From the human T2T-CHM13v2.0 reference genome, Homo sapiens, in the NCBI RefSeq assembly GCF_009914755.1, contig NC_060948.1: a stretch of DNA of 64,000 nt; one strand, 5' to 3'. The translations under genes and the position numbers were made by a program. Positions 62,685-64,000 of the stretch are shown piece by piece; position 1 is the first letter of the stretch; the number at the start of each line of letters is the position of its first letter. The notes under the pieces are model-generated. The model searched no databases and was not told the DNA's origin. It was given only the letters and a program-made list of their open reading frames with translations.

Positions 62685-64000
62685 TTGTGGTTTGTTTTAT
62701 CCAGGTACCAACTTCCCTCCAAAATCAGCCCGCTTGTATTTACTTTCTTCTGACTTCAGATAGTTGATTTGCGTCTCTTCCCCAGATTTTATTCTTATTA
62801 CCTGAGCATTTGTTGGTGCAGTATTGGCTTCACTGGACACACAGAAGTGAAATTCCTGAACTGAACTTCTACAGAATTTGATACTTAATTAAGCAAAAAT
62901 CAGAGAGTGATGAACTACATGCAAGATAAATATGCCTATCAGAGATTCTGGGGCACATTCGAGTGTGCTCCATGTGCAGTGAAAGAAATATGGTGGCCCA
63001 CTTTGGTTTAATACAAGTGGGAAGGCTGGAAGAAAATCATGCCCTTATAATTGTCAGGGGTAAGTGGCTAGACTGGGTCTTGTCCAACAGCTGAAAATTA
63101 GAGCTGGGAGGTCAGAGGAGCTAACTGTGAATCTTCACAGTACCTATTATGGTCCTGGAGAACAAACACCAAGAATTGTGTCAGAGGAAAGAGATCACAA
63201 TGATAGAGATAGGAAAACTTGAGGACAGATCTTTTTTTTTTTTTTTTTGTTTTTTTTTTTGTTTTTTTTTTTGTTTTTTTTTTTTTTTTTGAGACGGAGT
63301 CTCGCTGTCGCCCAGGCTGGAGTGCAGTGGCGCAATCTCGGCTCACTGCAGGCTCCGCCCCCTGGGGTTCACGCCATTCTCCTGCCTCAGCCTCCGGAGT
63401 AGCTGGGACTACAGGCGCCCGCCACCTCGCCTGGCTAATTTTTTGTATTTTTAGTAGAGACAGGGTTTCACCGTGTTAGCCAGGATGGTCTCGATCTCCT
63501 GACCTCGTGATCCGCCCGCCTCGGCCTCCCAAAGTGCTGGGATTACAGGCGTGAGCCACCGCGCCCGGCCCAGGACAGATCTTTTTTAACTAGCATAAGA
63601 ATCAGGAGGTTGTATATTGAGATTGTAAAATGAAGTGAGAGAGCATAAACTGATGAATGGATGAATATAATGTGATAATTTATATAGTGAAATTTTATTT
63701 GGCAACAAAAAGAAAGATGTACCAATGCATGTTACGTCACAGATACATGTTGAAAACATCACGCCAACTGAAAAAGACAGTCAATACAGGCACCCATTGA
63801 ACAAATCCATTTATATAAAAATGGAAGAGACAGAAGAAGAGGCAAATAGCTTTCTCTTCATTTTCTCTTACACTGGCATTTTGCAGAAGAAAATCCCCGC
63901 ATGTTTACTCTTGTCTTGACCTCTGCTTCTCATGGAACATGAGATAGGGTAAGAATCCATCCAACCATCTTGAAGTTTTCATAGCAGCATCTCATGGCAG
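62685..64000 (-). repeat. Right arm (inner 1.3 kb) of the inverted repeat, continuing beyond the window
   Basis: Reverse complement of 48726-50043; the only difference I found by eye is in the Alu A-tail. Confidence 0.97.
63232..63570 (-). mobile_element. AluYe-lineage element (right-arm copy)
   Basis: Same body and same TSD as the copy at 49156-49496, in inverted orientation. Confidence 0.92.

Overview
This is gene-free, AT-rich primate (most likely human) genomic DNA made largely of interspersed repeats: L1, Alu, ERV1/MaLR LTRs, DNA-transposon relics and microsatellites. I find no host protein-coding or RNA gene; the longer ORFs are L1 remnants or simple-repeat artefacts. The dominant structure is a large, near-perfect inverted repeat. 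Positions 48726-50043 are the reverse complement of 62685-64000, which runs off the window, and they enclose a 12,641-bp spacer. That spacer length matches my recollection of human Y palindrome P7 (about 8.7-kb arms, about 12.6-kb spacer), so the window probably covers the P7 flank, left arm, spacer and start of the right arm. This assignment is inferred, not database-checked. The inner boundary records a complex rearrangement: an Alu split by an L1PA3-like insertion now has its two halves in opposite orientations, with one breakpoint 6 bp from the arm start. Other oddities include a seven-monomer Alu array, a TSD-flanked L1 insert containing only 5'UTR, a 31-bp templated insertion, an insert with terminal inverted repeats inside an MLT1 LTR, and several inverted or rearranged L1s. 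Repeat subfamily names come from recalled consensus motifs, and the boundaries of old repeats are approximate.
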